Part shown: positions 1-9,279 of the stretch, in pieces
Numbering within the stretch: the stretch's first letter is position 1
Layout of the letters: the number at the start of each line of letters is the position of its first letter
Origin: Candidatus Fermentithermobacillaceae bacterium
GTDB lineage: Bacteria; Bacillota; Sulfobacillia; Fermentithermobacillales; Fermentithermobacillaceae
Assembly: GCA_012840345.1 (NCBI GenBank)
Contig: DULO01000031.1
Coordinates: 26,421-90,420 of the forward strand
Reading direction: 5' to 3'
DNA length: 64,000 bases
The notes under the pieces: generated by a model
What the model was told of the DNA's origin: nothing
Seen by the model: the letters and a program-made list of their open reading frames with translations, nothing else
The model's database searches: none
Program-made: the position numbers and the translations under genes

Positions 1-865
1 CAGAACCCTTTTGAGCCAGCCTTCTGCCTAAGGCTTTCCTTGCCGCGTGCACGTTTTGCCCGTAGATGTCCGAATCCGGCCTGGCGAAGTAGATAAACTC
101 AAATACGCACAATGTTTGGGGTTTGGGCGGAAGGGCCCTGGAATACTCCAGAGCACACGAAGTTATCTTGCCTTCGGCATCCCTTTCGATCCTGGCGAAA
201 GCCATTTCCCCCGCGTCCATTTCTCGCAAAAACTTGGCGCCTACCGCGTCGAGGCCGCAAGTCTCGGACGAGAAGATATAGGCGCCGTCGAGTTCGCCCA
301 CACACAAGGGCCTAAAGCCGCGGGCGTCCTTGGCGGCCAAGACTCCCTCGGGCGTTACCAAAGCCAGGGCGTAGGCTCCTTCGAGCTTTTCCAGCACTTC
401 CTTGAAAGCGGCGACTATGTTGGCCTCTTTAGACCGGGCAAGCAGGTGGGCCACTACCTCGCTGTCTGAGGTTGCGTGGAATATGGAGCCCTCTCTCTCC
501 AGGGACTCCCTAAGCTCCGTGGCGTTTACCAAGTTTCCGTTATGGGCCAGAGAACACTGGCCGCGCCACATGTTCACGGTTATGGGCTGGGCGTTTTCTA
601 TGCGGCTTTCTCCCGCGGTTGAGTAACGCACGTGGCCTACGGCAACGTCCCCGGCCATGTGTTTTACGTCCTCCCCGCTCAGGACATCTGAAACCAGGCC
701 CATACCCTTCTTTGTCTTCAGCTTACCGCCGGTCCCGTAAGCGATGCCCGCGGACTCCTGGCCCCTATGCTGGAGCGCGTATAGCCCGTAGTAACAGAGT
801 TCAGCCGCGCGCGGATGGCCGGCCACGGCGAAAATACCGCATTCTTCATGTATCTCGTCGATCAT
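1..865 (-). CDS. purF: Amidophosphoribosyltransferase, N-terminal part (gene runs off window start)
   Basis: Minus-strand translation from the ATG at 865 gives MIDEIHEECGIFAV...HRGQESAGIAY...SLAHNGNL. This is a class-II glutamine amidotransferase N-terminus with the Cys after Met, typical of PurF. No stop occurs before position 1. Confidence 0.85.
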   Translation of the reverse strand, partial: MIDEIHEECGIFAVAGHPRAAELCYYGLYALQHRGQESAGIAYGTGGKLKTKKGMGLVSDVLSGEDVKHMAGDVAVGHVRYSTAGESRIENAQPITVNMWRGQCSLAHNGNLVNATELRESLEREGSIFHATSDSEVVAHLLARSKEANIVAAFKEVLEKLEGAYALALVTPEGVLAAKDARGFRPLCVGELDGAYIFSSETCGLDAVGAKFLREMDAGEMAFARIERDAEGKITSCALEYSRALPPKPQTLCVFEFIYFARPDSDIYGQNVHAARKALGRRLAQKGS

Positions 866-917
866 AGAGTTCACTCCCCGGCGGTAATGTGCCTTTGGCG
901 TGCTGCTTCTGAGAAGT

Positions 918-1460
918 CTAGGTCCTCCGCCACTGGGGCAAGCCTTTGGCGCTCACCAGATCGCCCTTCTTGAGGGTGTCCTCGGCTTGGCTTTGGCGAT
1001 AGCGCTCCAGTTTTTCCGAGATAGACGGGTCATAAGCGCCCAATATGCGGACTGCAAGGAGCGCCGCGTTCTTGGCGCCATCGATCCCTACAGTGCCTAC
1101 AGGCACTCCGGGAGGCATCTGGGCCATGGCCAACAGGGCGTCAACCCCTCTTAAGGGGCCGGCTTCAACGGGAAGACCTATGACAGGGAGGTCAACCAGC
1201 GCCGCGACAGCCCCGGGCAGGGCCGCGGACAGTCCCGCGGCGGCGATGATGACTTTAATGCCCCGCTCCTTGGCGGCGCTTGCGTACTCTGAAAGCAAAT
1301 CAGGGGTCCTATGGGCAGAGATGACCGCTACCTCATAGGGGACGCCAAAATCTTGAAGGGTTTGAAAGGCGGGCGAAACCCGGTCCAGGTCAGACGCGCT
1401 CCCTAAGAGCACCGACACCTCGGGTCGTCCTTTGGAGGTATTATCTTCCAAGCCTTGCAC
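918..1460 (-). CDS. purE: N5-carboxyaminoimidazole ribonucleotide mutase
   Basis: 180-aa ORF with VLLGSASDL...AHRTP...AAAGLSAALPG, the canonical PurE motifs. It sits immediately upstream of purF in the same orientation. Confidence 0.85.
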   Translation of the reverse strand: MQGLEDNTSKGRPEVSVLLGSASDLDRVSPAFQTLQDFGVPYEVAVISAHRTPDLLSEYASAAKERGIKVIIAAAGLSAALPGAVAALVDLPVIGLPVEAGPLRGVDALLAMAQMPPGVPVGTVGIDGAKNAALLAVRILGAYDPSISEKLERYRQSQAEDTLKKGDLVSAKGLPQWRRT

Positions 1461-1487
1461 CTCGCCTTCTGTGGTAGTCTCGCCGGT

Positions 1488-2036
1488 TTAGTCGGTCTGC
1501 TCGTCTAGCTCCTCAAGCACTCCAACGAAAGGCAAGCCCCGGTATTTCTCCGCGTAATCCAGGCCGTAGCCTACAACAAAAGCGTTGGGGATTATGAAGC
1601 CGTAATAATCAATGGCTACTCTGACCTGACGGCGGGCGGGCTTGTCCAAGAGCGTGCATACTCGAACGCTTGCCGGCTGTCTCGCCTTAAGGGCATCCAC
1701 AAGGTACCGGAGCGTGAGTCCGGTATCCACAATGTCTTCCACCAGCAATACGTGGCGGCCGGCCAAGTTCTGTTCCAGGTCTTTCGTTATTCTTACTTCT
1801 CCCGATGACTTGGTCGAGGCGCCGTAGCTGGAAATACCCATGAAGTCGACGCAGACGTGATAATCCAGGTGACGGATCAGATCAGCCAGGAAGATAAAGC
1901 TGCCCTTTAGGACCCCGATGATGATAAGGTCCAATCCGGCGTAATCGCGGGATATCTGCGCGGCCAATTCTTTGATGCGCTTATCCAGCTCTTCTTTGCT
2001 TATAAGAGTGCTTATCCTTTCCTTCGGACGGTCCAT
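1488..2036 (-). CDS. hpt: Hypoxanthine(-guanine) phosphoribosyltransferase
   Basis: 182-aa ORF with the PRPP-binding motif VLLVEDIVDTGLTL and typical Hpt length. Confidence 0.85.
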   Translation of the reverse strand: MDRPKERISTLISKEELDKRIKELAAQISRDYAGLDLIIIGVLKGSFIFLADLIRHLDYHVCVDFMGISSYGASTKSSGEVRITKDLEQNLAGRHVLLVEDIVDTGLTLRYLVDALKARQPASVRVCTLLDKPARRQVRVAIDYYGFIIPNAFVVGYGLDYAEKYRGLPFVGVLEELDEQTD

Positions 2037-2252
2037 TCTCTCACCCCACAGTCTTTAAACCAAACTTAACACTCAAACCCGGGTTTCGCAAGAAGTATTA
2101 CGACAGATGTAAAGTTGTAAAACAATTCGGCCCGCGACGGATACTCCCTCTGTGAGGGCACACTATTTGGCGAAGTGTGTTACCCCGGACGCGTCAAGAC
2201 GTACTAAAAGAGTGCTTGCGCAAGAATAGAACCCGAGAGAGCAGGTGCTGTA

Positions 2253-2447
2253 ATGAAGAGGCTTTACCGGTCGACTACCAGGCGCATGGTGGCGGGAGTC
2301 TGCGGAGGACTGGCCGAGTACTTCAACATAGATGAGACCATCGTACGCCTCGGAGTAGCGCTGATGACGGTAGTGACGGGCTTTGTCCCGGGCTTGGTGT
2401 TCTACTTCCTCGCCGCGATCATAATGCCCGAAACCCCAAACGGATAG
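2253..2447 (+). CDS. PspC-domain small membrane protein
   Basis: 64 aa, RRMVAGVCGGLAEYFNIDETIVRLGVAL followed by a hydrophobic helix. This matches the PspC-domain signature. Confidence 0.7.
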   Translation: MKRLYRSTTRRMVAGVCGGLAEYFNIDETIVRLGVALMTVVTGFVPGLVFYFLAAIIMPETPNG

Positions 2448-2478
2448 GAAAGGCTAAGCCGTGTTTCGCTGACAGGCG

Positions 2479-2519
2479 GGAAGGCGACGGGAGGCGGGTT
2501 CCCCCTCCTATCGCCTTCC
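2479..2519. terminator. Long imperfect hairpin between convergent genes (putative bidirectional terminator)
   Basis: GGAAGGCGACGGGAGG-cgggttccc-CCTCCTATCGCCTTCC, a 16-bp stem with 2 mismatches. It lies between the pspC-domain gene (+) and the barrel-protein gene (-), with a T-rich stretch downstream on the plus strand. Confidence 0.4.
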
Positions 2520-2524
2520 GGCCT

Positions 2525-3937
2525 TTATGCTTGCTCCCGGAATACCTCGAGGTTGGCCTCGGGGATGACCACGGTCTCCCCTGAGCCATCCAGCCGTACC
2601 ACGGCCACTTCCATCGGGCTTTCAGATTCCATGACCTTAAGTTCGGACGGAAGCTCTTCCACCGTCCCCCAAAGTCCGAAATAGGGCTCGCGGACACAGC
2701 GGACCTTGTCTCCCACTGTGAGGGAGACCGTCTCGTGCAAAGACACCTCAAAGGGCTCACCGAAGACGGGTTCTTGAGGAACGTCATCTCGCGGCGGCCC
2801 GCCTTCGCTAAACAGGATTTGGGGACGTATGGCCCCGGCGCGTATGTGGGTCGTTCCGTCCAGGGAAGCGACACGTCCGGCGTGAGAAGCCAGGAGCTCC
2901 CAAGCTCTCGGGCTCATAGGCAGCTCTCCAAACCCCTCTGTCACCACCACCGTGAGTCCGGGCTGTTCTTGCCCTGTCAACCCCACGTTTATCTCGTAAC
3001 CCAGGAACTGCACCAGGTCCAGGTTGTTGATCCCACCGACGACAAGGCCGGCGGCCCCGACGTCTCTCGCCTTGCGGAGCGCCTCCAGGCTCACCGAGCT
3101 TCCCGCCAAAAGGACGCTGCCCTTGTGGTTCTTGTCGATCCCGGCATCGCCGAGCGGTTCTGAGGGTCCGCCGCAAACCATGACAAGTTCCCCGTGCTTC
3201 TCGCCCCCTATGCCGAACACGCCCTCTAGGTACGCGCCCTGGGACTCCACGACGGCGCCGTAGTCAGGCAGGATCTCGGTCACTACCCCGGCGATATGGG
3301 CCAGAACCCTGGAAGGCTTGATCGGCCTAACAACCGTGATTGTGCCGGTCTTGGTGCATATCTTCTCGACCACGCCGCCCATGGGCGTGTAGACGTAGTC
3401 CACTCCCGCCTCGCCGATGAGGGGATTTACGACTGCCGAAGCCAACGCCTGCCCTTCGTACACCGTGTCGCCTTCCTTGACGTTGGTGTACATCCGGATC
3501 ATGGACGGCCATACCTTGAGTTTCTCCGCCACGTTCATTACGACAACCGGCTTGGACGACCTCGGGTCCTCCCTGATGACGACCCTGCCTTGGATCCTCG
3601 ATATCATCTCCACGATCCCGTCGCACGGGGCCTTGACATCAAAGATTTCCGACCAGAACCTCTTCTGGTGCCTGGCGATGGCCTGACCTTTGGTTACTTT
3701 GTCGCCAACTTTGACCAGCAGGACTTCATCCACCAGTTGAGGGGTGAGCCGCATGCGAAGTTCCGAGTTGAGGTCGATCACCCTGGGACTGCCCCGCACA
3801 AACTCGGTCTTGGCGATAACCGTCTCCGGGGTAACCAAGTCTCCCGGCTTAACCAGCACGTCCCCCGGCATGTTCAGCCTGCGCGCCTTTCTGAGCCTGG
3901 CGCGCGGCACTATTTTCGTGTTACAGGCGACGGCCAT
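2525..3937 (-). CDS. Hypothetical cytosolic protein with biotinyl/lipoyl-like hybrid-barrel motifs (paralog A); partner of GlmL-like ASKHA protein
   Basis: 470 aa. It carries VKVGDKVTKGQAIA...VKAPCDGIV and VKEGDTVYEGQALA hybrid-motif repeats but no biotinyl-lysine AMKM motif. It is clearly paralogous to the 11248..12405 product (shared APCDG-V, VVTEGFG/VVTEGYG and C-terminal KVG/LGDRV...GTV..EL blocks). No transmembrane segment. Confidence 0.6.
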   Translation of the reverse strand: MAVACNTKIVPRARLRKARRLNMPGDVLVKPGDLVTPETVIAKTEFVRGSPRVIDLNSELRMRLTPQLVDEVLLVKVGDKVTKGQAIARHQKRFWSEIFDVKAPCDGIVEMISRIQGRVVIREDPRSSKPVVVMNVAEKLKVWPSMIRMYTNVKEGDTVYEGQALASAVVNPLIGEAGVDYVYTPMGGVVEKICTKTGTITVVRPIKPSRVLAHIAGVVTEILPDYGAVVESQGAYLEGVFGIGGEKHGELVMVCGGPSEPLGDAGIDKNHKGSVLLAGSSVSLEALRKARDVGAAGLVVGGINNLDLVQFLGYEINVGLTGQEQPGLTVVVTEGFGELPMSPRAWELLASHAGRVASLDGTTHIRAGAIRPQILFSEGGPPRDDVPQEPVFGEPFEVSLHETVSLTVGDKVRCVREPYFGLWGTVEELPSELKVMESESPMEVAVVRLDGSGETVVIPEANLEVFREQA

Positions 3938-3953
3938 GTCACAAAACCTCCTC

Positions 3954-5750
3954 TCACGAAAGGCTGTCCGCGAACATGCTTTCAGGGTAGGCGTCCATCG
4001 CCTTGGCCCACCTCTTTAAGGCCATAACTCTCCTGCGGTTATCCTCTGGCAAGGATAACGGCCTCCCTCTCCCGTCGAGGATAAGGCCTACGATTCCTCC
4101 GGAAACGTTCGCCGTAACCGGTCTGCCCGGCCCGTTTCCGACATCGAAACCTCTCTTCGGGACGACCGTAACCGGAGCGGTGGTCTTGGGAGGAAGCGGT
4201 ATGACGCGAATCTCACCCGCCTCTATCGCGTAGGACGATTCCTCCATCTCAACCCTGGCGATGGACGAACCGGGCTGGGATGAATGGCCTGAAGGGGCGA
4301 TAACCGTTCCAAGCTCCACCAGCGCTTCAGCGGACATGAGCTCGTTAACGGTCTCAGGTTCGGAATCCATGAGGACGCCCAAATGCGGGAGGAGAAACTG
4401 GCTGTCCACCGCCAGTTCCGTGATGCCTAATGGTTGTAGGGCGTCCATCATCATTAGTGCCGCTTGTGCCCGTCTAGGAGCGTAACTCAACACGCCGCCC
4501 GAACCGATGATGAGCCCGGTCTTCATGAGGTCCACGAGGGTCGCTCCCGTGCCCAGCTGGTTGAAGACGTCCCCTACTTCTCTTTTCTGCTGGATGCCCT
4601 TTAGGTCTCTTATCAGGGAACAGTGGTGGTCCAAAGAAAGGCGCAAAGCTTCTCTGGCCACGGCCTGCTCAAATACCAGGTCTCTCATGGTCTGAGGCAA
4701 AGTGGTGGGCCTGATCATCTTGTTAAAACCCCAGTTGCGTACCGAGTTTTCGTCAGTCTCCCACGGAATCCACCTCAAGACCGACTCCACTTTTGCCTCC
4801 GCCAAGACGTTAGCCAAGCTGTAGGACATTCCCAAGTTGGCCGAGACTGTCCTGAAGAACTGGCCGGATATCACCGAAAATACGTCGGTGGTAGCCCCGC
4901 CAACGTCTACCCCCAAGACGTCGAGGCCGCGGGCCTTTGCCAGGCGGGTCAAGACATCTCCCACCGCGACCGGCGTCGGCTTGATCTTGCCGCCGGTCCA
5001 GGAAGCCAGGGTCTTGTACCCCGGAGCGCGCATCATGACGTGCTCCAGAAACAACCGGTGAATCTCTTCCCTTGCCGGCCCCAGCACCTCCGTCTCCAAG
5101 CTTGGGCGTATGTTGTCTGTCACGCTAAGGTCCAGCGCGTCGCCTATGGCCTCCTCAACGTATCCCCTGGCGTCGAGGTTTCCGGCGTAGATGACGGGGA
5201 TCTTGAAGTCCTTTCCGAACCTGGCTTCGGGGTTGGCCATTGCGATGTATTCAGCCATGGCGGCGACGTCAGAGATGTTGCCTCCGTCGGTACCGCCGGT
5301 CACCAGAATCATGTCCGGACGCACTTTCCGGATGATGTCTATCCGCTCCATGAGCACCCTGTTGTCGTCCAGAGACAGGATATCGGACACAATGGCTCCC
5401 GCCCCCAAGGCCGCCCTGTGGGCGGATTCGGCGGTCATGGTTTTAACCAGCCCGGTAACCAGCATCTGGAGCCCGCCGCCCGCGGAAGATGTCGCCACAA
5501 AAACATCGGTGCCGTCTTCATGGTGGGAAGGAAGGATCAGCCTGGACCCGTCCAAAAGTCTCCTGCCGGTCCTCCTCTCAAGCTTTGCCAAGGCGTTCCT
5601 AAGGCCTATCATGACGTCCAGGTCCGGAGCCTCGACGGTGGTGGGCGCGACGGCCTTCCCAAGGACGCGCCAGCCTTCTTTCCCTCTCTCAAAGAGAACC
5701 GCCTTGGTCGTAGTGCTGCCGACGTCCGCCGCGATGATCCGGTTCCTCAT
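3954..5750 (-). CDS. GlmL/MutL-family (EutA-like) ASKHA-fold protein, paralog A
   Basis: 598 aa. The N-terminal IIAADVGSTTTKAVLF and internal LGVDVGGATTDVFSV phosphate-binding motifs are characteristic of the glutamate-mutase-L / EutA reactivase-like family. It lies 17 nt upstream of barrel protein A on the same strand. Confidence 0.65.
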   Translation of the reverse strand: MRNRIIAADVGSTTTKAVLFERGKEGWRVLGKAVAPTTVEAPDLDVMIGLRNALAKLERRTGRRLLDGSRLILPSHHEDGTDVFVATSSAGGGLQMLVTGLVKTMTAESAHRAALGAGAIVSDILSLDDNRVLMERIDIIRKVRPDMILVTGGTDGGNISDVAAMAEYIAMANPEARFGKDFKIPVIYAGNLDARGYVEEAIGDALDLSVTDNIRPSLETEVLGPAREEIHRLFLEHVMMRAPGYKTLASWTGGKIKPTPVAVGDVLTRLAKARGLDVLGVDVGGATTDVFSVISGQFFRTVSANLGMSYSLANVLAEAKVESVLRWIPWETDENSVRNWGFNKMIRPTTLPQTMRDLVFEQAVAREALRLSLDHHCSLIRDLKGIQQKREVGDVFNQLGTGATLVDLMKTGLIIGSGGVLSYAPRRAQAALMMMDALQPLGITELAVDSQFLLPHLGVLMDSEPETVNELMSAEALVELGTVIAPSGHSSQPGSSIARVEMEESSYAIEAGEIRVIPLPPKTTAPVTVVPKRGFDVGNGPGRPVTANVSGGIVGLILDGRGRPLSLPEDNRRRVMALKRWAKAMDAYPESMFADSLS

Positions 5751-5767
5751 CTCTCACACCTCCGTCG

Positions 5768-6916
5768 CTAAAAACCTCCACAAAGTCCGCATTGAGCGCA
5801 GGATGGGTTGGAAAACGCGTATATGGCCTTGTTGTTCAAGAGTTGGTCGCAGGTCGCGTTTCTCGTGAGTCTCAAGGGAAGGAGCGCGCCTCCGGCCAAC
5901 GCCAGCGCTCCCATAACCGCCGACGCGGGAAAAGCCGCGGCCGGAACCGGCGCGGAAAGCCCGAGCTTGCACAGGGCAAACCCAATGACGAGCCCAACCG
6001 GGATCCCCGCGTACCCCAGGTACCAGCATTCAGCCAGGACGAGCCTCCTCAAGTCCGGCCGTGTGGCGCCAATCACTTTTAAGATACCCAACGCGCGTTT
6101 TCGTCCCAGGAAGGATACGGCTAGCACGCACGACACCGCGGACGCCGCCGTAAGGGCTACCATGACCGACACCGCCTGCCAGGGCAGATATGCTCTTAGC
6201 GCTGCCTTTCTGACGATGTGCCGGGTAAAACCATCCATGAACACCTTGGCTCCGGGATAGCTTCTGGACAGTTTGATGACCCGGGACAGGACGACGCTCG
6301 GGTCTCCCGTAACGTCAAAGGCGATCCCCGAAAGGTTTTCATGGCCTAGCGAGTCCGTCGATACCCATGCCCACCCCTCCGGATACTCACCTTCCGGCAG
6401 GTATTCACCGGTAGACCGGACCGTCCAGGTGCCTAACAAGCTCCCAGTGTCCGCGTCCCACACCTCAAGGCTTGAGCCCTCGCCGGCTTCTTTGGCCAAC
6501 GCCGGGCCGCACAGGAGGGTCCCCCTTTCCACCGAATCCAGGGCTCCGAGTACGAACAACGGCCCCAGCCGGGTGTCGGCGTTTACCCAAGGAAACCTCC
6601 TCAAGTTCGCGATGCCTTCGAAGCCCTCGGCTTCTTCCAGGGCCGAGACCGCTTCCTCGGCTGAGTCAAATATGATAATGGCTCCGGCAGGCAAGGACGG
6701 GGTAGCGACCTCTCTAGCCGCCGCGTCGCCGTTTTGAGAGACCATACAGACTACGGCCATGGAAGCCGCCACAGTAAGCGCCACTGACAAAGCCACAACA
6801 GCCGCCGCGCCGATCTCCCGCCTCAAGCGCCTCTTAGACATCAGCCTGGCCATCGACCAAGACAGCGCGGGCCGCAACCTCTCAGCCTGGGGGAGAAGCG
6901 CTCTACTTTTTGGCAT
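5768..6916 (-). CDS. ABC transporter permease, FtsX/MacB-like (4TM + extracytoplasmic domain)
   Basis: 382 aa with an N-terminal TM, a ~220-aa extracytoplasmic domain and C-terminal LKVIGATRPDLRRLVLAECWYLGYAG...TM helices, typical of FtsX-type permeases. Its start overlaps the ATPase gene stop. Confidence 0.7.
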   Translation of the reverse strand: MPKSRALLPQAERLRPALSWSMARLMSKRRLRREIGAAAVVALSVALTVAASMAVVCMVSQNGDAAAREVATPSLPAGAIIIFDSAEEAVSALEEAEGFEGIANLRRFPWVNADTRLGPLFVLGALDSVERGTLLCGPALAKEAGEGSSLEVWDADTGSLLGTWTVRSTGEYLPEGEYPEGWAWVSTDSLGHENLSGIAFDVTGDPSVVLSRVIKLSRSYPGAKVFMDGFTRHIVRKAALRAYLPWQAVSVMVALTAASAVSCVLAVSFLGRKRALGILKVIGATRPDLRRLVLAECWYLGYAGIPVGLVIGFALCKLGLSAPVPAAAFPASAVMGALALAGGALLPLRLTRNATCDQLLNNKAIYAFSNPSCAQCGLCGGF

Positions 6917-7610
6917 TCAGGACCTTCCTCTCGACGATCTCGCCGTCGGACAGGCGGATAAGCGTATCCGCGTAGTCCAAAAAACCGTCCTCGTGGGTAA
7001 CCACCACAAAGGTCTGTCCTTCCTCTTGGTTGAAGCGCTTAAACAGCTTCATTATCTCCTGGGACATCTTTGAATCCAGGTTTCCGGTAGGTTCGTCGGC
7101 CAGCACGATGGAAGGCCTGGGAGCCAGCGCCCGGGCTATGGCGACTCTCTGCTGCTCACCGCCGCTAAGCTCCACCGGGTAATGGTTCGCCCGGGCCGTC
7201 AACCCGGTAACCTCAAGAAGATGCATGACCCGGGACATGATGTCCCGCTCGTCCATCCGGGCTAGCCTCATGGGCATTCCGATGTTCTCGGCCGCGGTAA
7301 GTTCGGGCAAGAGGTTGAAGAACTGGAACACGATCCCCAACTCGCGGCGCCTCATCACCGCCAGGTCGTCCTCGCTCATTCTGGAGTACTTTCGGCCGTT
7401 TAGGAGGACCTCCCCGTGGGTGGGCCGGTCTATTCCGCCGAGTATGTTCAAGAGAGTGCTCTTGCCTGACCCGGACGGACCCATGATGACGACGAACTGT
7501 CCCCTCTCCACCTCAAGCTCTACGTTGGACAAGGCGAACAAGCCGTCGCCTACTGCATAGAACTTCGAGAGTTCGTGGCACGCGAGGATGGGTCCATGCC
7601 ATTCATTCAC
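6903..7610 (-). CDS. ABC transporter ATP-binding protein (MacB/LolD-type)
   Basis: 235 aa with Walker A GPSGSGKST, the LSGGEQQRVAIARAL signature and Walker B IVLADEPTGNLD. Confidence 0.85.
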   Translation of the reverse strand: MNEWHGPILACHELSKFYAVGDGLFALSNVELEVERGQFVVIMGPSGSGKSTLLNILGGIDRPTHGEVLLNGRKYSRMSEDDLAVMRRRELGIVFQFFNLLPELTAAENIGMPMRLARMDERDIMSRVMHLLEVTGLTARANHYPVELSGGEQQRVAIARALAPRPSIVLADEPTGNLDSKMSQEIMKLFKRFNQEEGQTFVVVTHEDGFLDYADTLIRLSDGEIVERKVLNAKK

Positions 7611-9069
7611 GCTTCAACACCTCCGCGCTGGGAACCCGCGCCGCCCACAGACCTACCGCCGTACCCAGGGCCAACGATATTCCCAAAGACATGCCGAAGA
7701 CCGAGATGAAGTCTATGAACGTAAGTTTGATCCACTCGGCGGCCGTAATCTCTGAGGCCAAGAGCGACCACAACGAAAGGACTTTTGCCGCTAAGAACCC
7801 TATGGCTGCTCCCGCGGCCGCGACGTATCCGACAATAGTCAGCACGTAGACCACGACATCTTTGCCTGTGGCGCCAATAACCCGTAAGAGGCCTATCTTT
7901 CTCTTCTGCTGGACCAGCATGATGTAGGAACTCCCGGCCACGATAACGCCGGAAAGCATAAAACCCTGAACCTGAAGAAGCCCGCCGGCGTCGAGCCCTT
8001 GGAACCTAAGAGCTGACCCCGATACCTGGAGTTTCTTGAGTTCAGGCACGGGGCAGACCTGAAAACCTTCTCCCAACTTCTCTTGAATCCCGGACGCTAT
8101 CGCCTTTGCCTCGGACATGCGGTCAACCGATATCAGGAGCTCATAGGTAGGCAGTTGGTTCAAATCCACAGCCGCCTGGGTTTGAGCCAGGATCTCCTGA
8201 AACGTCTCTTTGGTAACGAAAACCTCCGGCCTATCCCAAAAGCGCGCCTCTTCGCCGGGTGCCGGGAACTCGGGCAAAGCGGTGGCATCAGGTTCCAGTA
8301 CCTGGTTGGTGTTCACCCGGTACTTGCCGGATACTTCAAGCACAACCGAAGCCCCGTTGTCCCAATCCAGCCCGAGCCCGAAAGCACCCCCAACAAGTCG
8401 CGCGGGGTCTTTGGAAGAAGGCGCGGGGTTCACGACCAACCGCGGCACTCGAACCGGAACAGACGAGCCTACGAGGTTGTACTCAAGTCCTCCGAAGTTA
8501 GGGAAGAGAGCCTCCATTCCGGAGCCGGCCGCAGGCCCAGGATACTCGCCTTCCACGATGAAGCGGGCCATAGAAAGGGGAAAGCTCTCAGCATCCAAAG
8601 CGTCTCTCGCTCTTAGAATGGCCTGGACCGAACCCACCAAGCACGGCAAGGATACATAAGGTTCGACACGGGTTACGCCGGGGACGTCTTTGATCAGGTC
8701 CATTACTTCGCGTGGGTCAAAGGCGCGCCAACCTAAAGACCCTTCCGATATATAGCCTTCTTGAGAAAGCCGGTGAAAGTAGTAGAGCGCGTGGGACTGC
8801 CAATCCCGTCCCTCCCACGGTTTCACAGTGAGGTTTGCGCCGTTTCGGGACTCTACCCGGCTTGACAGTGGCAAGACGACCAGGTCGCCTCCGATAAACG
8901 CCCTTTCCGCCTGGCCAACGCCCCACGGATAACCCCGGGGGATCATGTGGGACACAACAAGCATCCACGCGGCAAGAGCGGTCGCGGCCAAAGCGACGCC
9001 GGTCCTGGTCCAGTTTCGCTTTATCTCGTTTCTGCCGAGGCGGATTAGGTCCAAAGCCCCACCCTCCAA
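7603..9069 (-). CDS. ABC transporter permease, FtsX/MacB-like with large extracytoplasmic domain
   Basis: 488 aa. TTG start. N-terminal TM, a ~300-aa extracytoplasmic domain and C-terminal LLRVIGATGKDVVVYVLTIVGYV...FtsX-type helices. Confidence 0.7.
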   Translation of the reverse strand: MEGGALDLIRLGRNEIKRNWTRTGVALAATALAAWMLVVSHMIPRGYPWGVGQAERAFIGGDLVVLPLSSRVESRNGANLTVKPWEGRDWQSHALYYFHRLSQEGYISEGSLGWRAFDPREVMDLIKDVPGVTRVEPYVSLPCLVGSVQAILRARDALDAESFPLSMARFIVEGEYPGPAAGSGMEALFPNFGGLEYNLVGSSVPVRVPRLVVNPAPSSKDPARLVGGAFGLGLDWDNGASVVLEVSGKYRVNTNQVLEPDATALPEFPAPGEEARFWDRPEVFVTKETFQEILAQTQAAVDLNQLPTYELLISVDRMSEAKAIASGIQEKLGEGFQVCPVPELKKLQVSGSALRFQGLDAGGLLQVQGFMLSGVIVAGSSYIMLVQQKRKIGLLRVIGATGKDVVVYVLTIVGYVAAAGAAIGFLAAKVLSLWSLLASEITAAEWIKLTFIDFISVFGMSLGISLALGTAVGLWAARVPSAEVLKRE

Positions 9070-9236
9070 TCACACCAATTCCGTATTCTTGGAGGATCTC
9101 CTTCTCGACAATTGCTGACATTGACATTCTACGAGTTTACAAGGGAAAAGGTGCCCACAGAGACTTGCTCGCAGCAATGCGCGGGGTGTCTTGAGGCACA
9201 ATGCCTCGGCTCCGTTTACGCCAGCAATCTTGCGAG

Positions 9237-9265
9237 GTAATACTGTACTGCTACGTAAACGTCAA
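9237..9265 (-). promoter_or_regulatory. Putative sigma-A-type promoter for the FtsX-ATPase-FtsX-GlmL-barrel operon
   Basis: Minus strand: TTGACG (9265..9260), a 17-nt spacer, then TATTAC (9242..9237). A GAGGCA-caat-TGCCTC hairpin sits in the predicted leader (9193..9209). The element lies between the XRE-TPR gene stop and the permease start. Confidence 0.3.
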
Positions 9266-9279
9266 GCGTTGGTGACAGG

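Noticed and set aside
47-469. 140-aa plus-strand ORF at window start
   Set aside because: Antisense to purF, whose minus-strand translation is highly conserved.
3296-4027. 243-aa plus-strand ORF
   Set aside because: Antisense shadow ORF spanning the barrel-A/GlmL-A junction, with no protein-like composition.
4623-5771. 382-aa plus-strand ORF
   Set aside because: Antisense to the GlmL-like gene (3954..5750). The translation is Arg/Gly/Pro-rich low-complexity, typical of shadow ORFs in high-GC DNA.
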